From the NCBI GenBank assembly GCA_947478745.1, contig CANJXE010000003.1, positions 1 through 44,320 of the forward strand: a stretch of DNA of 44,320 nucleotides, written 5' to 3'. Shown here one piece after another: positions 26,432-37,176 of this stretch. The notes beneath the pieces are model-generated. The model was given only the letters and a program-made list of their open reading frames with translations, was not told the DNA's origin and ran no database searches. The DNA comes from Actinomycetota bacterium (GTDB taxonomy: Bacteria; Actinomycetota; Thermoleophilia; Gaiellales; F1-60-MAGs149). How positions within the stretch are numbered: position 1 is the stretch's first letter; every line of letters begins with the position of its first letter. A program made the position numbers and the translations under genes.

Positions 26432-27679
26432 CTAGAACCGCCGGTCCGGACGCATCGGTGCGACCCACGCCGGCGAGGCGCCGTCGAGGATCATGTCGGC
26501 GAGCAGCGCTCCGGTGGACGGGGCCAGCGTGACGCCGAGCATGCCGTGTCCGGTCGCCAGGAAGAGCCCGTCGAGGCCGGGCACGGGACCGAGCAGCGGC
26601 AGCGAGTCCGGCGTCGCCGGCCGCCAGCCCGCCCAGCCCTCGACCGCGGTCTCGCCGGGCAGCGGGTGCCAGTCCTTGAGGAACGTGCATGCCTCGTCGA
26701 CGATCGCGCGGACGCGCCGGTCGTCGACCACCAGGTCGCGGCCGGGGAGCTCGAAGGTGCCGGCGATGCGGACGCCCTCGTCGAAGCCGCTGATGCCGAT
26801 CTTGGGCTCCGTCAGGTAGAGCGCCTGCGACGGGCGCGTGCCCTCGCCGCGAAGCGTGATCGAGTAGCCCTTGGCGGGAACGATCGGCACGTCGAGGCCA
26901 AGCGGGCGCAGCAGTGCCGGGCTGAGCGCGCCGGTCGCGACGATCACGCGGTCGGCGACAATCGGCTCGCCGTCGGTCTGGATCGTCCAGCCGCCGCTCA
27001 CCTGCTGCAGCCCGAGGACGGCCGTGTGCTCACGCACCTCCTGCCCGAGCTCGACGAGCCGGTCGGCCAGCGCGCGCATCAGCGACTGCGGCTGCACGTA
27101 GCGGTCGATGGTGGTGCGCACGACGAACTTCACCTCGTCGCCGATCGCCGGCTCGATCTTGCGGGCCTCCTCGACCGTGAGGGTCTCGATCTCGCCCTCG
27201 AAGCCGATCTTCTTGAGATCCTCGAAGACGGGACCGAACCACGAGATCCCCTTCTCCGTCTTGCCGAGCGTGAGGATGCCGCCGGAGTGCATCTCGAACG
27301 GCACGCCGTCGGCGGCGTAGGCGTCGAGCACCTCGAAGGTACGGCGGTTGAGGTTGTGCAGCGCCTCGACGCCCTTCAGGAAGCGCTCGCGCGAGGCGGC
27401 ACCGCGGAAGGCCCACAGCCACTTCAGCCAGCGCGTGTCGAGCTCGGGACGGATCACGAGGGCGCCGTTGGGGTCGAACGCGCTCTTCATCCCCATCATC
27501 AGCGTGCCGGGCGAGGCGAGCGGGAACGAGATCGTCGGCGAGACCCAGCCGGTATTGCCCTTGGAGGCGGCCTCGCCGATCACGTCCTTCTCGACGATCA
27601 CGACTTCGACGCCCCGCTTGGCCAGCGACCAACCGCAGGCCAGGCCCACGACGCCGCCACCGATGATCGCCACGCGCAT
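26432..27679 (-). CDS. FAD-dependent D-amino acid dehydrogenase/oxidase (DadA-like)
   Basis: IIGGGVVG, ASKGNTG, PAKGYS, WAGWRPATPDSLP, ATGHGMLGVTL. Confidence 0.9.
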   Translation of the reverse strand: MRVAIIGGGVVGLACGWSLAKRGVEVVIVEKDVIGEAASKGNTGWVSPTISFPLASPGTLMMGMKSAFDPNGALVIRPELDTRWLKWLWAFRGAASRERFLKGVEALHNLNRRTFEVLDAYAADGVPFEMHSGGILTLGKTEKGISWFGPVFEDLKKIGFEGEIETLTVEEARKIEPAIGDEVKFVVRTTIDRYVQPQSLMRALADRLVELGQEVREHTAVLGLQQVSGGWTIQTDGEPIVADRVIVATGALSPALLRPLGLDVPIVPAKGYSITLRGEGTRPSQALYLTEPKIGISGFDEGVRIAGTFELPGRDLVVDDRRVRAIVDEACTFLKDWHPLPGETAVEGWAGWRPATPDSLPLLGPVPGLDGLFLATGHGMLGVTLAPSTGALLADMILDGASPAWVAPMRPDRRF

Positions 27680-27707
27680 GACGCCACGATAGCGATCCTG
27701 CCCGCCC

Positions 27708-28853
27708 TCAGGTCGCGACGACGCCGGGGGCGAGCTCGGCGAGACCCACCCGGGCGGCGTCGAGGCAGGTGCGGCAGGCCGCCGCTGTCTCCACCGCGTT
27801 CGGACGGCCGGGCCGCTCGCCCCGCCTGTTGGCGTGCGCCAACTCGTAGGCGGCCGCCTCGTACTGGTAGAGCAGCCGCCGCGCCTCGCGTCCGGCCCGC
27901 CGGGCCTTTCGGCGCATGCGACCCCGCGTGCGCCCGCCTTCGATCAGCTGCTCGTAGGCGGCCTGATCCAGCGTGCCGCGCTCGACCTCTGGCTCGAGCC
28001 CCTCGCGCAGGATGCGGCGCTCGCGCCGGGCGCCGGCGATCAGGAGCGCCAGGCCGATGATGACCAGCGGCAGGTAGCCGGCGACGTAGGCGATCGGCGC
28101 GGCGCCGACCGTGGCCGACAGGTTCCACAGGGCGTGCAGCGCGATCGCGAGGAGCAGCCCGACGACCACCAGCGCGATACGCCAGCCGCGCCAGCCGCGC
28201 CGCTTGACCGCGAGCCCGATGGCGATGCCCGTCATGGCGGTGAAGATCGGATGGCACAGCGGCGTCAACAGTCCGCGCAGCACGAAGGTCACGGTCATGT
28301 CCTCCGCCCCGCCCTCGCTCCACGCCGTCGCGTAGTAGAGGACGTTCTCGACGGTGGCGAAGCCGAGCGCCACCCACGCGGCGTAGACGATCCCATCGTG
28401 CACGCCGTCGAGGAAGCCGGGGCGGCGCCGGATGACGAACAGCAGCGCGAGTGCCTTCGCGCTCTCCTCGACGACCGGCGCCGAGGCGATCGTCGCCGCG
28501 TCCTCGCCGAGCAGGAGGCCGACGCCGGTGTTGACGACCAGCGCGATGGCCGTGGCCGCTCCCGCGCCCCACAGGAACGTGCGCAGGAGGAGCCGCGTCG
28601 GCTCGGGCTCGAAGCGGTCGAGGCGGATCAGCACGGCGGCCACCAGCGGCACCGGCAGGAACGCGAGCACCAGTCCGAGCCCGACGGGAACGAGGCCGTC
28701 GAAGGCCGTCACGGCGAGCACGAAGACGAGCAGGAGCGCGGGCAGGATGATGCCCTCCGCCCGCAGCGTCCGAAGCGACCGCCGCTGGCGGCGCATCACG
28801 AGCGCGATCTTCTCCGGCACCTCGGCCCCGACGACGGGCACGGCCTCGTGCAT
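27708..28853 (-). CDS. PrsW family intramembrane metalloprotease
   Basis: DRFEPEP, APVVEESAK, GFATVEN, HPIFT, LHALWN. Confidence 0.92.
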   Translation of the reverse strand: MHEAVPVVGAEVPEKIALVMRRQRRSLRTLRAEGIILPALLLVFVLAVTAFDGLVPVGLGLVLAFLPVPLVAAVLIRLDRFEPEPTRLLLRTFLWGAGAATAIALVVNTGVGLLLGEDAATIASAPVVEESAKALALLFVIRRRPGFLDGVHDGIVYAAWVALGFATVENVLYYATAWSEGGAEDMTVTFVLRGLLTPLCHPIFTAMTGIAIGLAVKRRGWRGWRIALVVVGLLLAIALHALWNLSATVGAAPIAYVAGYLPLVIIGLALLIAGARRERRILREGLEPEVERGTLDQAAYEQLIEGGRTRGRMRRKARRAGREARRLLYQYEAAAYELAHANRRGERPGRPNAVETAAACRTCLDAARVGLAELAPGVVAT

Positions 28854-29854
28854 CAGGCCATATCGACCACGAGGCGGCCCTTGACCTGCCCCTTGAGGAT
28901 CGCCTTGGCCTGGGCCGGGAGCTCCTCGAGGGAGCAGCCGCTCGTGATCTCGTCGAGCAGCGACAGGTCGAGCTCCTCGGACATGCGCTGCCAGGCGATC
29001 ACCCGGCGCTCGTACGGCATGGCGACGGAGTCGATGCCGAGCAGGTTCACGCCGCGCAGCAGGAAGGGCATGATGTGGCCTTCGAACGTGGCGCCACCGG
29101 CGAGACCGCAGGCGGCGACGGACGCGCCGCGCTCGAGCTGGCGGATGACGCGCGAGATCGTGGATCCCGCGACCGCGTCGATGCAGCCGGCCCAGCGCTC
29201 GGACTCGAGCGGTGCGCTCGAGTCCTCGGCCAGCTCCTCGCGCGTCACGATCTCCGTGGCGCCGAGGCTCTTGAGGTAGTCGCCGAGCTCGGGGCGGCCG
29301 GTGCTCGCGGCAACCGCGTAGCCGTTGCGCGACAGCAGGGCGATCGCGACGGAGCCGACGCCGCCGGCGCCGCCCGTGATCAGCACCGGCTTGTCGCCAC
29401 CGGGCTTGAGGCCATGCTCCTCGAGTGCCATCAGCGCGAACATCGACGTCAGGCCGGCCGTGCCGATCGCCATCGCCTGCCGCGTGGTCATCGTGGCGGG
29501 GACGTGGACGAGCCAGTCGGCGCGCACGCGGGCCTTCTCGGCGAAGCCGCCCCAGTAGCGCTCGCCCATGTGCCAGCCGGTCACCACGACGCGGTCGCCC
29601 ACGGCGTAGCGGTCGTCGGAGGACTCCTCGACGACGCCCGCCAGGTCGATGCCCGGAATGTGCGGGAACTTGCGGGCCAGACGGCCCTTGTTGCCGTCGA
29701 CGACGAGGCCGTCCTTGTAGTTGAGCGTGGAGTGCTCGACCTTGACGAGCACCTCGCCCTCGGGCAGATCGGAGACGGCGAGCTCCTCGATCGCGGCCGC
29801 GACCTTGCCGTCCTCGGTCTCGCGCATCATCAGTGCCTTGAAGGTGTCAGCCAT
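28853..29854 (-). CDS. MDR oxidoreductase, YhdH/AcuI (acryloyl-CoA reductase-like)
   Basis: STLNYKD, PGIDLAG, AIGTAGLT, GGAGGVGS, PFLLRGVNLLGIDS. Confidence 0.92.
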   Translation of the reverse strand: MADTFKALMMRETEDGKVAAAIEELAVSDLPEGEVLVKVEHSTLNYKDGLVVDGNKGRLARKFPHIPGIDLAGVVEESSDDRYAVGDRVVVTGWHMGERYWGGFAEKARVRADWLVHVPATMTTRQAMAIGTAGLTSMFALMALEEHGLKPGGDKPVLITGGAGGVGSVAIALLSRNGYAVAASTGRPELGDYLKSLGATEIVTREELAEDSSAPLESERWAGCIDAVAGSTISRVIRQLERGASVAACGLAGGATFEGHIMPFLLRGVNLLGIDSVAMPYERRVIAWQRMSEELDLSLLDEITSGCSLEELPAQAKAILKGQVKGRLVVDMA

Positions 29855-29947
29855 GGGGAATTCCTGCTCCGTGTCGGTCTCGCCGCGTAGCCTACGCGCT
29901 GGGCGCGCACGATGGCGCATGCAGCCGGGCGGTGCGAGAATCGGTGC

Positions 29948-30238
29948 ATGCGCCGTCCAGACCTCCCGTCCCCGGGCAGCCGCCCGTCGTTCCTCCGGTC
30001 GCGTGGCAGCGTCGGCTCGGTCGGCTCGCTGGCCAGCGCCGGGTCGATCCTGTCGGCCTTCAGCGCCGGCTCCATCCTCTCGCTCGCGAGCGCGGGCTCG
30101 ATCCTGTCGCTCGCCAGCGCGGGCTCGATTCTGTCGGCCTGCAGCACCGGCTCGATCCTGAGCATCGGCTGCAGCGGCAGCATCCTCAGCATCCGCCGCG
30201 ATGGGGCGATCCTCAACCGCGTTCGCAGCGAGGCCTGA
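29948..30238 (+). CDS. Small Ser-x-x repeat protein with nonapeptide units (SAGSILSLA)
   Basis: 96-aa ORF; differences between repeats are largely synonymous in this frame; followed by a terminator-like hairpin. Confidence 0.7.
   Translation: MRRPDLPSPGSRPSFLRSRGSVGSVGSLASAGSILSAFSAGSILSLASAGSILSLASAGSILSACSTGSILSIGCSGSILSIRRDGAILNRVRSEA
30034..30195 (+). repeat. Six degenerate 27-bp coding tandem repeats
   Basis: Units such as cagcgccgggtcgatcctgtcggcctt / cagcgccggctccatcctctcgctcgc / gagcgcgggctcgatcctgtcgctcgc. Confidence 0.85.
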
Positions 30239-30245
30239 GAACGCA

Positions 30246-30271
30246 GAAGGGGCGCCCGGAGGCGCCCCTTC
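30246..30271. terminator. Intrinsic terminator-like hairpin between convergent genes (T-containing tail on the nrdJ strand)
   Basis: Perfect 11-bp stem GAAGGGGCGCC-cgga-GGCGCCCCTTC. Confidence 0.8.
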
Positions 30272-30297
30272 GACGGTTCACACGGTGATCGTGCGAC

Positions 30298-33200
30298 TCA
30301 CGAGCAGCCGCTCGTCTCGCCGCAGCTGATGCACTTGAGGCACGTGCCGTTGCGGACCAGGGTCATCTGACCGCAGTTGACGCAGGCATCGCCCTCGTAG
30401 CCCTTGAGACGGGCCTCGTCGCGCTCCGTCAGCAGCGGCGCGGGGCGCTGCTTGAGACGGGCCTTCTGCGCCGGCGACGGCGAGCCGCCGGCCGGGGCCA
30501 CGGGCGTCGACGCGACGGCCGCGACCGTGCGATCGAGCCGCTCGGACTTCGGCGTGCCGACATCGTCGCCACGAAGATCCTGATCGTCCACGTGCGACAG
30601 ATCGTTGCGATCGAGATACGAGATCGCGACCTCGCGGAAGATGTAGTCGATCACGCTGGTCGACATCTTGATCCGGTCGTTGCCGACGACCATGCCGTTC
30701 GGCTCGAAGCGGGTGAAGACGAAGGCATCGACGAACTCCTCCAGCGGCACACCGTGCTGGAGCCCCAGCGAGATGGCGATGGCGAAGCTGTTCATCAGGG
30801 AGCGGTACGCCGCGCCCTCCTTGTGCATGTCGATGAAGATCTCACCGAGGGTGCCGTCCTCGTACTCGCCCGTCCGCAGGTACACCTTGTGTCCGGCCAG
30901 CGTGGCCTTCTGGGTGTAGCCGGCACGACGATGCGGCAGACGACGACGCTCGCCCATGATCTGGACGGCGCGCTCGGCAGCCTGCTCCACGCTCGGCAGC
31001 TCGGTCGGGACCTCGAACTCCGCCCCGACGTCGAGCGCCTCGGCGGCCGCACCGGAGAGCGGCTGCGAGAGCTTCGAACCGTCGCGGTAGAGCGCGTTGG
31101 CCTTGACCATCTTCTTCCACGAGACCCGGTAGCACTCGGCGATGTCGGAGATCGACGCCGAGGCCGGCAGGTTGATCGTCTTCGAGATGGCGCCCGAGAG
31201 GAACGGCTGCGCCGCAGCCATCATCTCGATGTGCGCCAGCGCGCGGATCGCACGGGTGCCGAGGCGACCGCACTTGTTCGCGCAGTCGAACACCGACAGG
31301 TGCTCGTCGCGGAGGTGCGGCGCGCCCTCGACGGTCATCGTGCCGCAGACCGCCGTGTTGGCCTCGTCGAGCTCGACGTCCGTGAAGCCCAGGGCCGTCA
31401 GGAGGTCGAAGCCGGGGGCGTCGAGATCCTCGCGGTCGATGCCGAGCTCGCTGACGATCGCGTCGTCGCCCACCGTGTAGCGGGTGAACGCGAAGCGGAT
31501 GTCGAACGCCGTCGGCAGCGCGGTCTCGACGGCGGCCAGCATGGCCTCCGTGAAGCCGAAGCCGCGCAGGGCCTCCGGGTGGATGTGCGGCACGCCGTCG
31601 AGCGAGCCGGTGCCGACGCAGTACCGCACGATGTCATCGACCTGCTCCGGCGTGTAGCCGAGGTGGGCCAGCGCCGGCGGGACCGACGCGTTGACGATCT
31701 TGAAGTACCCGCCGCCGGCGAGCTTCTTGAACTTGACGAGCGCGAAGTCGGGCTCGATGCCCGTCGTGTCGCAGTCCATCACGAGACCGATGGTGCCGGT
31801 CGGTGCGATCAGGGTGACCTGCGCGTTGCGGAAGCCGTGCATCTCGCCGAGGGCGAGGGCGCGGTCGGCCTCGTAGCGGGCCACCTCGAGCAGCTCGGGC
31901 TCGCAGTACGTGGCGTCGATGCCCTCCGGCGTCACGCGCAGGCCCTCGTACTCCGCGGCGTCGGCCGCGTAGGCGGCGCGGCGATGGTTGCGGACCACGC
32001 GGAGCATGTCGGCCTTGTTGCGGTCGTAGGCGTCGAACGTGCCCTGCTCCGCGGCCAGCTCGGCGCTCGTGGCGAGCGACGTGAAGTGCATGATCGCGCT
32101 GACGGCACCGCAGAAGGCGTACGCCTGCGGGGAGTCGTAGGCGAGACCGCGCTGCATCGAGAGGGCGCCGAGGTTGGCGTAGCCCAGACCGAGGGTGCGG
32201 TAGAGGTACGACCGCTCGGCGATCTCGCGGCTCGGGAACTGGGCCATCAGGACGGAGATCTCGAGCACGATCGTCCACAACCGGCTGGCGTGGCGGAACA
32301 TGACGTGGTCGAAGCTGTCGCCCTGATCGAACTTCATCAGGTTCATCGAGGCCAGGTTGCACGCCGTGTCATCGAGGAAGACGTACTCGGCGCACGGGTT
32401 CGAGGCGACGATCGGACCGTCGGTCGGGCACGTGTGCCACTCGTTGGTGGTGTCGTGGAACTGGACGCCCGGATCGGCGCAGAGCCAGGCGGCCTCGCAG
32501 ATCTGGTCCCACAGGTCGCGGGCCCGCAGCGTCTTGCTGGCGGCGGGGGCACGGCCCTGCGTCTCGGCCTTGGCGAGCTCGGTGCGGTCGTACAGCGGCC
32601 ACGCGGCGTCGCTCTCGACGGCCTCCATGAACGCATGCGTGATGCGGACGGAGTTGTTCGAGTTCTGGCCGGAGACGGTCAGGTAGGCCTCGCCCTGCCA
32701 ATCGGTGTCGTACTCGTCGATCAGCAGCTCCTTGACCCCCTGCTTGCCGAGGTCGAGCGTGCGCTGGATCGAGGCGTCGGGCACGCCGGCCGTGCGGGCA
32801 CCGCGGACGGCCTGCGCCAGCGCCGGGTTCTCGCGGGCGATGAAGCGGTCGTCGCCCTCACCCTCCTGCGTCGCGGCGAGCACCGCGTTGAGATGGCGGT
32901 TGAGCATCTTGGAGCCGGCGACGAGCGCCGCGACCTTGGTCTCCTCGACGACCTTCCAGCGGACGTACTGCTCGATGTCCGGATGGTCCAGGTCGAGAGT
33001 GACCATCTTGGCGGCGCGACGGGTCGTGCCACCGGACTTGATGGCGCCCGCGGCGCGGTCGCCGATCTTCAGGAAGCTCATCAGACCCGACGAGCGTCCG
33101 CCGCCCGACAGGCGCTCCTCGGAGCCGCGCAGCTTCGAGAAGTTCGAGCCGGTGCCGGAGCCGTACTTGAAGACGCGTGCCTCGCGGACCCACAGGTCCA

Positions 33201-33837
33201 TGATGCCGCCCTCGTTGACGAGGTCGTCATCGACGGACTGGATGAAGCAGGCGTGCGGGGCCGGGCGCTCGTAGGCCGACGTCGAGCGCTTCAGCTCGCC
33301 CGTCTTGGGCTCGCAGTACCAGTGGCCCTGGGCCGGGCCGGCAATGCCGTAGGCCCAGTGCAGGCCGGTGTTGAACCACTGCGGGGAGTTCGGCGCGGCG
33401 ACCTGGAGGGCCAGCATGGCGGACAGCTCGTCGCGGAACGCCAGCGCGCCCTGCTCGTCGAAGTAACCGTGCGTGAAGCCCCAGTAGGCCCAGCAGCCGG
33501 CGAGGCGGCCGAAGACCTGGCGCGCGTCGTTCTCGCCGACGAAGCGCTGCTCCTCGGGGAGGGCGTCGATCACGGAGGCGTCGGGCTCGTGGCGCTGCAG
33601 CCATGCGGGCACGCCGTCCTCGGCGACCGGCTTCAGCGCGGCGGCGACGCCGGCCTTGCGGCAGTACTTCTGGGCGAGGATGTCGATAGCGACCTGGCTC
33701 CAGGCCTCGGGCGCCATGATCGTCGCCTCGAAGGCGACGGATCCATCGGGGTTGACGATGCGCGACGTGCGCTCGACGAAGGGAATCCCGTCGTAGGGGT
33801 CCTTCCCCTCTGTGGTGTAGCGGCGCTCGATCTCCAT
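30298..33837 (-). CDS. nrdJ: Adenosylcobalamin-dependent (class II) ribonucleotide reductase
   Basis: [58 protein letters not shown], and a C-terminal Cys cluster ending SGCS. Confidence 0.97.
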   Translation of the reverse strand: MEIERRYTTEGKDPYDGIPFVERTSRIVNPDGSVAFEATIMAPEAWSQVAIDILAQKYCRKAGVAAALKPVAEDGVPAWLQRHEPDASVIDALPEEQRFVGENDARQVFGRLAGCWAYWGFTHGYFDEQGALAFRDELSAMLALQVAAPNSPQWFNTGLHWAYGIAGPAQGHWYCEPKTGELKRSTSAYERPAPHACFIQSVDDDLVNEGGIMDLWVREARVFKYGSGTGSNFSKLRGSEERLSGGGRSSGLMSFLKIGDRAAGAIKSGGTTRRAAKMVTLDLDHPDIEQYVRWKVVEETKVAALVAGSKMLNRHLNAVLAATQEGEGDDRFIARENPALAQAVRGARTAGVPDASIQRTLDLGKQGVKELLIDEYDTDWQGEAYLTVSGQNSNNSVRITHAFMEAVESDAAWPLYDRTELAKAETQGRAPAASKTLRARDLWDQICEAAWLCADPGVQFHDTTNEWHTCPTDGPIVASNPCAEYVFLDDTACNLASMNLMKFDQGDSFDHVMFRHASRLWTIVLEISVLMAQFPSREIAERSYLYRTLGLGYANLGALSMQRGLAYDSPQAYAFCGAVSAIMHFTSLATSAELAAEQGTFDAYDRNKADMLRVVRNHRRAAYAADAAEYEGLRVTPEGIDATYCEPELLEVARYEADRALALGEMHGFRNAQVTLIAPTGTIGLVMDCDTTGIEPDFALVKFKKLAGGGYFKIVNASVPPALAHLGYTPEQVDDIVRYCVGTGSLDGVPHIHPEALRGFGFTEAMLAAVETALPTAFDIRFAFTRYTVGDDAIVSELGIDREDLDAPGFDLLTALGFTDVELDEANTAVCGTMTVEGAPHLRDEHLSVFDCANKCGRLGTRAIRALAHIEMMAAAQPFLSGAISKTINLPASASISDIAECYRVSWKKMVKANALYRDGSKLSQPLSGAAAEALDVGAEFEVPTELPSVEQAAERAVQIMGERRRLPHRRAGYTQKATLAGHKVYLRTGEYEDGTLGEIFIDMHKEGAAYRSLMNSFAIAISLGLQHGVPLEEFVDAFVFTRFEPNGMVVGNDRIKMSTSVIDYIFREVAISYLDRNDLSHVDDQDLRGDDVGTPKSERLDRTVAAVASTPVAPAGGSPSPAQKARLKQRPAPLLTERDEARLKGYEGDACVNCGQMTLVRNGTCLKCISCGETSGCS

Positions 33838-33985
33838 CTGCTTCTTCCTCCTGGTCCCGCCCGATCGGCGAGCTGCTCGTATCCTAGAACCCGCTCACTC
33901 GACGGGGATGACAAAGGTAGCGCGCCCATCGGACGGATGCCCGGCAGGAGTCGGACACCCCGTCACGAACCCCTACTATCCCTGT

Positions 33986-35239
33986 ATGGATGTCGAGGAG
34001 GCACTCCGCACGATCGGCATCGTGCTCGCCGTCGGTCTGATCGCCGTGCCGATCGCAGGGTACCTGCGCCTGCCCAGCATGGTCGTCCTCGTGCTCGCCG
34101 GCATCATCGCCGGCCCGCAGGTGATCGACCTCGTCGACGTGCCGATCGATGCCCCCGGCCCCTCGCTGCTGTTCTCGATCGGCGTCGCGCTGATCCTCTT
34201 CCACGGTGGCATGGGGATCTCGGTCCGCGTGATCTCGCGGACGGCGATCGGCCTGCTGCTGCTGGCGATCCCCGGCGTGATGGTGACGGCGGCGATCACC
34301 GGCGCGGCGATCCAGCCCCTGTTCGCCGTGTCGTGGCCGATCGCGCTGATGGCCGGGGCCGCCCTCGCCTCGACCGACCCCGCGATCCTGGTGCCGCTGT
34401 TCGAGCGCCTCGGCCTGCGCCCGCGCGTCGCGCAGACGGTGATCGCCGAGAGCGCGATCAACGATCCGATGGGCACGATCCTGACGCTGACGCTGTCCGG
34501 CATCGTCGTCGCGGGCGGCCTGACGACCAGCGCGTTCTCGGCCAACAGCCCGCTGGCCGACTTCGTGCGCAGCATCGGCCTCGGCCTGCTGATCGGCATC
34601 GTGGGCGGCGTCCTGATCGCGCTGCTGCTCTCCAACCGGCGCTTCGGCGTGCTGCGCGAGTCCGCGGCCGCGACGCTGCTTGCGATGGTCGCCCTCGCCT
34701 ACGCGACCGGCGAGGCGACGGGCGGCTCGCCCTACCTGGCGGCGTTCATCGCCGGCCTGATCGTCGGCAACAAGGACCTGCTGCGGATCGATCACGACCA
34801 CGAGCAGGAGCGCGTGCTGGACACGTACCTGTCCCAGACGGTCGACATCGTCGTGCTCGGGATCTTCGTCGTGCTGGGCCTCAACCTCGACGTGCGCGCG
34901 CTGATCGACAACCTCTGGGCCGGCCTCGCGGTGATGGTGGTCTTCATCTTCATCGCCCGCCCCGCCACCGTGGCGATCGCCCTCGGCCTCGATCGCCGAG
35001 CCGGCTGGACGCGCCAGGAGGCGGTCTTCATCACGTGGTGCCGCGAGACGGGCGTCGTCCCTGTCGCCGTGGCCAGCATGCTGCTCGCCGAGGGCGTGCC
35101 GGGCGCGCCGCTCGTCGCGACGCTCGTCACCTTCGCCGTCGTCACCACGCTGCTCCTGCAGGCGACGACCGCTGGCTGGCTGGCCCAGCGCCTCGGGCTG
35201 GTGGAGGCGCGCCCCGCGCTGCTCGAAACCGGCGGCTGA
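33986..35239 (+). CDS. CPA1 cation:proton antiporter (NhaP/CvrA-like)
   Basis: LILFHGG, ASTDPA, ESAINDP, ARP; multiple TM segments; TACTAT + 6 nt + ATG. Confidence 0.9.
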   Translation: MDVEEALRTIGIVLAVGLIAVPIAGYLRLPSMVVLVLAGIIAGPQVIDLVDVPIDAPGPSLLFSIGVALILFHGGMGISVRVISRTAIGLLLLAIPGVMVTAAITGAAIQPLFAVSWPIALMAGAALASTDPAILVPLFERLGLRPRVAQTVIAESAINDPMGTILTLTLSGIVVAGGLTTSAFSANSPLADFVRSIGLGLLIGIVGGVLIALLLSNRRFGVLRESAAATLLAMVALAYATGEATGGSPYLAAFIAGLIVGNKDLLRIDHDHEQERVLDTYLSQTVDIVVLGIFVVLGLNLDVRALIDNLWAGLAVMVVFIFIARPATVAIALGLDRRAGWTRQEAVFITWCRETGVVPVAVASMLLAEGVPGAPLVATLVTFAVVTTLLLQATTAGWLAQRLGLVEARPALLETGG

Positions 35240-35255
35240 CCCCACCCTGCTCCGA

Positions 35256-36215
35256 TCAGTCGGTCGTGACCACTGCACCCTGCGCCGCAGCGAGCGTGTC
35301 GAGCACGACGCGCGCGCAGTGCGCGACCAGCGCAGCCTCGGCACCCGGTGTGGCGTCGGCGATGTGCGGCGTCAGCACGACGTTGGGCAGCGCGCGCAAC
35401 GCCGGCGGCACGTGCGGCTCAGCCGCGAAGACGTCGAGCCCCGCGCCCGCGATGCGGCGCTCGACCAGCGCCTCGATCAGCGCGTCCTGGTCCACCACGC
35501 CGCCGCGCGCCGTGTTGATCAGGACCGCCCCGGGCCGCAGCAGTGCGATCTGCTCGCGCCCGATCAGACCGCGCGTCTCGTCGGTCAGCGGGCAGTGGAG
35601 GCTGATCACGTCGGCCCAGGCCAGCAGCTCGTCGAGCTCCAGACGGGCGACGCCGAGCGCCGCCTCGTCCGCGGCGCCGAGCGGCCGCGGCGAGGCGTAG
35701 CGGACGTCCATGTCGAAGGCGCGCGCACGGCGCACGAAGGCGCGGCCGATCGCCCCGAGGCCGATCACCCCGAGACGCCGGCCGTAGGCGTCCTGCGCGG
35801 CCAGCGGCAGGTATCCGCCCTGCTCCCAGGCGCCGCTGCGCACGATTGCGTCGTTCTCGACGATGCGGTGCTGGACGGCCAGCAGCAACGCCATCGCATG
35901 GTCGGCCACGGCCTCGGCGTTGGCGCCGACCGGCCAGGCGAAGGCGACGTGGCGGCGGGCGAGCGCGTCGCGATCGATGCCGTCCACCCCCACGCCGAAG
36001 TTGACGACGCAGCGCAGCGCCGGCATGCGGTCGAGCAGCGCATCGTCGATGCGCTCGCCGAACGTCCAGATCCCCCACGTCCGGGCCAGGTCCTCCGCGG
36101 AGGTCGGCGGCAGCACCGGGCCGTCGAGGAAGCGCACGTCGCAGCGCGCGAGCACCTCGTCCATCAGCCCGCCCGCCAGGCGGTAGCGCACGAGCAGGAG
36201 CGGCTTAGCGGGCAT
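35256..36215 (-). CDS. D-isomer-specific 2-hydroxyacid dehydrogenase
   Basis: GVGVDGID, VIGLGAIG, INTARGGVVD, LDVF..EP, TPHIA. Confidence 0.92.
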   Translation of the reverse strand: MPAKPLLLVRYRLAGGLMDEVLARCDVRFLDGPVLPPTSAEDLARTWGIWTFGERIDDALLDRMPALRCVVNFGVGVDGIDRDALARRHVAFAWPVGANAEAVADHAMALLLAVQHRIVENDAIVRSGAWEQGGYLPLAAQDAYGRRLGVIGLGAIGRAFVRRARAFDMDVRYASPRPLGAADEAALGVARLELDELLAWADVISLHCPLTDETRGLIGREQIALLRPGAVLINTARGGVVDQDALIEALVERRIAGAGLDVFAAEPHVPPALRALPNVVLTPHIADATPGAEAALVAHCARVVLDTLAAAQGAVVTTD

Positions 36216-37125
36216 CGCTCTCGATGTCGGCGACGAGCCGCTCGAAGTCGGGACCGTCGAACTCCAGCGTGGCGCGATCATGCTTGTCCATCAGCCATGC
36301 CCAGAAGTCGAAGTCGATGTCGGAGAGGTTGTGCTGGATGACGCCCCACAGCGTCCATCCGTACTTGGACATCAGCCCCCACATCCGCGCTCGCGCCAGC
36401 TTGGCCGGCGTGGCTTCGCCCCAGTAGGCGGCGACGAGCTCCTCCAGCTGTGCGAGCGACAGGTCCGACTCGCTCCAGACGTTGCCGAGCTCGAACGACG
36501 CCTCGTTCATGCCTGAGTACTCGTAGTCGATCAGGCGGAAGCGGGCACCATCCCAGAGGAAGTTCTCGGCCAGCAGGTCGTTGTTGCACGGCACGAGCGC
36601 CTCGGGCCTCGCGCGCATGGCCTGCTCGAGGCGGCGCACCTGGGGCTCGAAGTCGTCGTAGCGGTCGGGCAGCGCGAAGCCGCGCTCGCGGCACACCTCG
36701 CGGTAGCCGGCCTGGATGCGGAACATGTCGAAGGGGTCGCGGAAGGCGGGACCGGCGTGCAGCTGACGGATGACGGCGGCGGCCTCGCCGAGGCGATCCC
36801 CCCGCTGCATGGTCTCGCGAGTCATCGTCTCGGTGTCCGCGAGGAACTCGATCACCAGCATGGCGTTCTCCGGCTGGTAGGCAATCACCGCCGGGGCGAC
36901 GCCCGCCGCGGCTGCGGCGACGGAGTTGGCGTGCTCATTGTCGCGATCGATCGCCAGCAGGCCCGTATCCGGGTCCGACAGGCGCACCACGAAGGAGCCC
37001 GATGAGGCATCCACCCTGAAGTTGTGGTTCGTCAGTCCACCCGACAGCGACGTGACGGTGCGCTCGCCCCGCAAGGCATCGACACCGTCGAAGAGCGCTG
37101 CGAGTCGTGCGTCATCGAGATCCAT
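36205..37125 (-). CDS. Choline/ethanolamine kinase family phosphotransferase
   Basis: LSGGLTN.N, CNNDLLAEN (Brenner motif), LIDYEYSG; strong SD GAGGAGG. Confidence 0.88.
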   Translation of the reverse strand: MDLDDARLAALFDGVDALRGERTVTSLSGGLTNHNFRVDASSGSFVVRLSDPDTGLLAIDRDNEHANSVAAAAAGVAPAVIAYQPENAMLVIEFLADTETMTRETMQRGDRLGEAAAVIRQLHAGPAFRDPFDMFRIQAGYREVCRERGFALPDRYDDFEPQVRRLEQAMRARPEALVPCNNDLLAENFLWDGARFRLIDYEYSGMNEASFELGNVWSESDLSLAQLEELVAAYWGEATPAKLARARMWGLMSKYGWTLWGVIQHNLSDIDFDFWAWLMDKHDRATLEFDGPDFERLVADIESDAR

Positions 37126-37176
37126 GGGCTCTCCTCCTCGGGTCGGGAGCGTACCCGAGGGCGCTAGTGTGCGCCC

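Noticed and set aside
30034-30195. CRISPR array
   Set aside because: The units are contiguous 27-bp degenerate coding repeats with no spacers, and there are no cas genes.
33838-33985. NrdR boxes or a cobalamin riboswitch upstream of nrdJ; an intein in nrdJ
   Set aside because: No AT-rich NrdR palindrome or B12-box is visible, and there are no intein splice motifs in the protein.
30592-35700. 1702-aa plus-strand ORF and many other long overlapping ORFs (e.g. 1582-3996, 13726-16209, and the 5' parts of 3-1802 and 16005-18950)
   Set aside because: These are antisense or alternate-frame shadows of well-supported genes; stop codons are rare at high GC and the translations carry no recognisable motifs.
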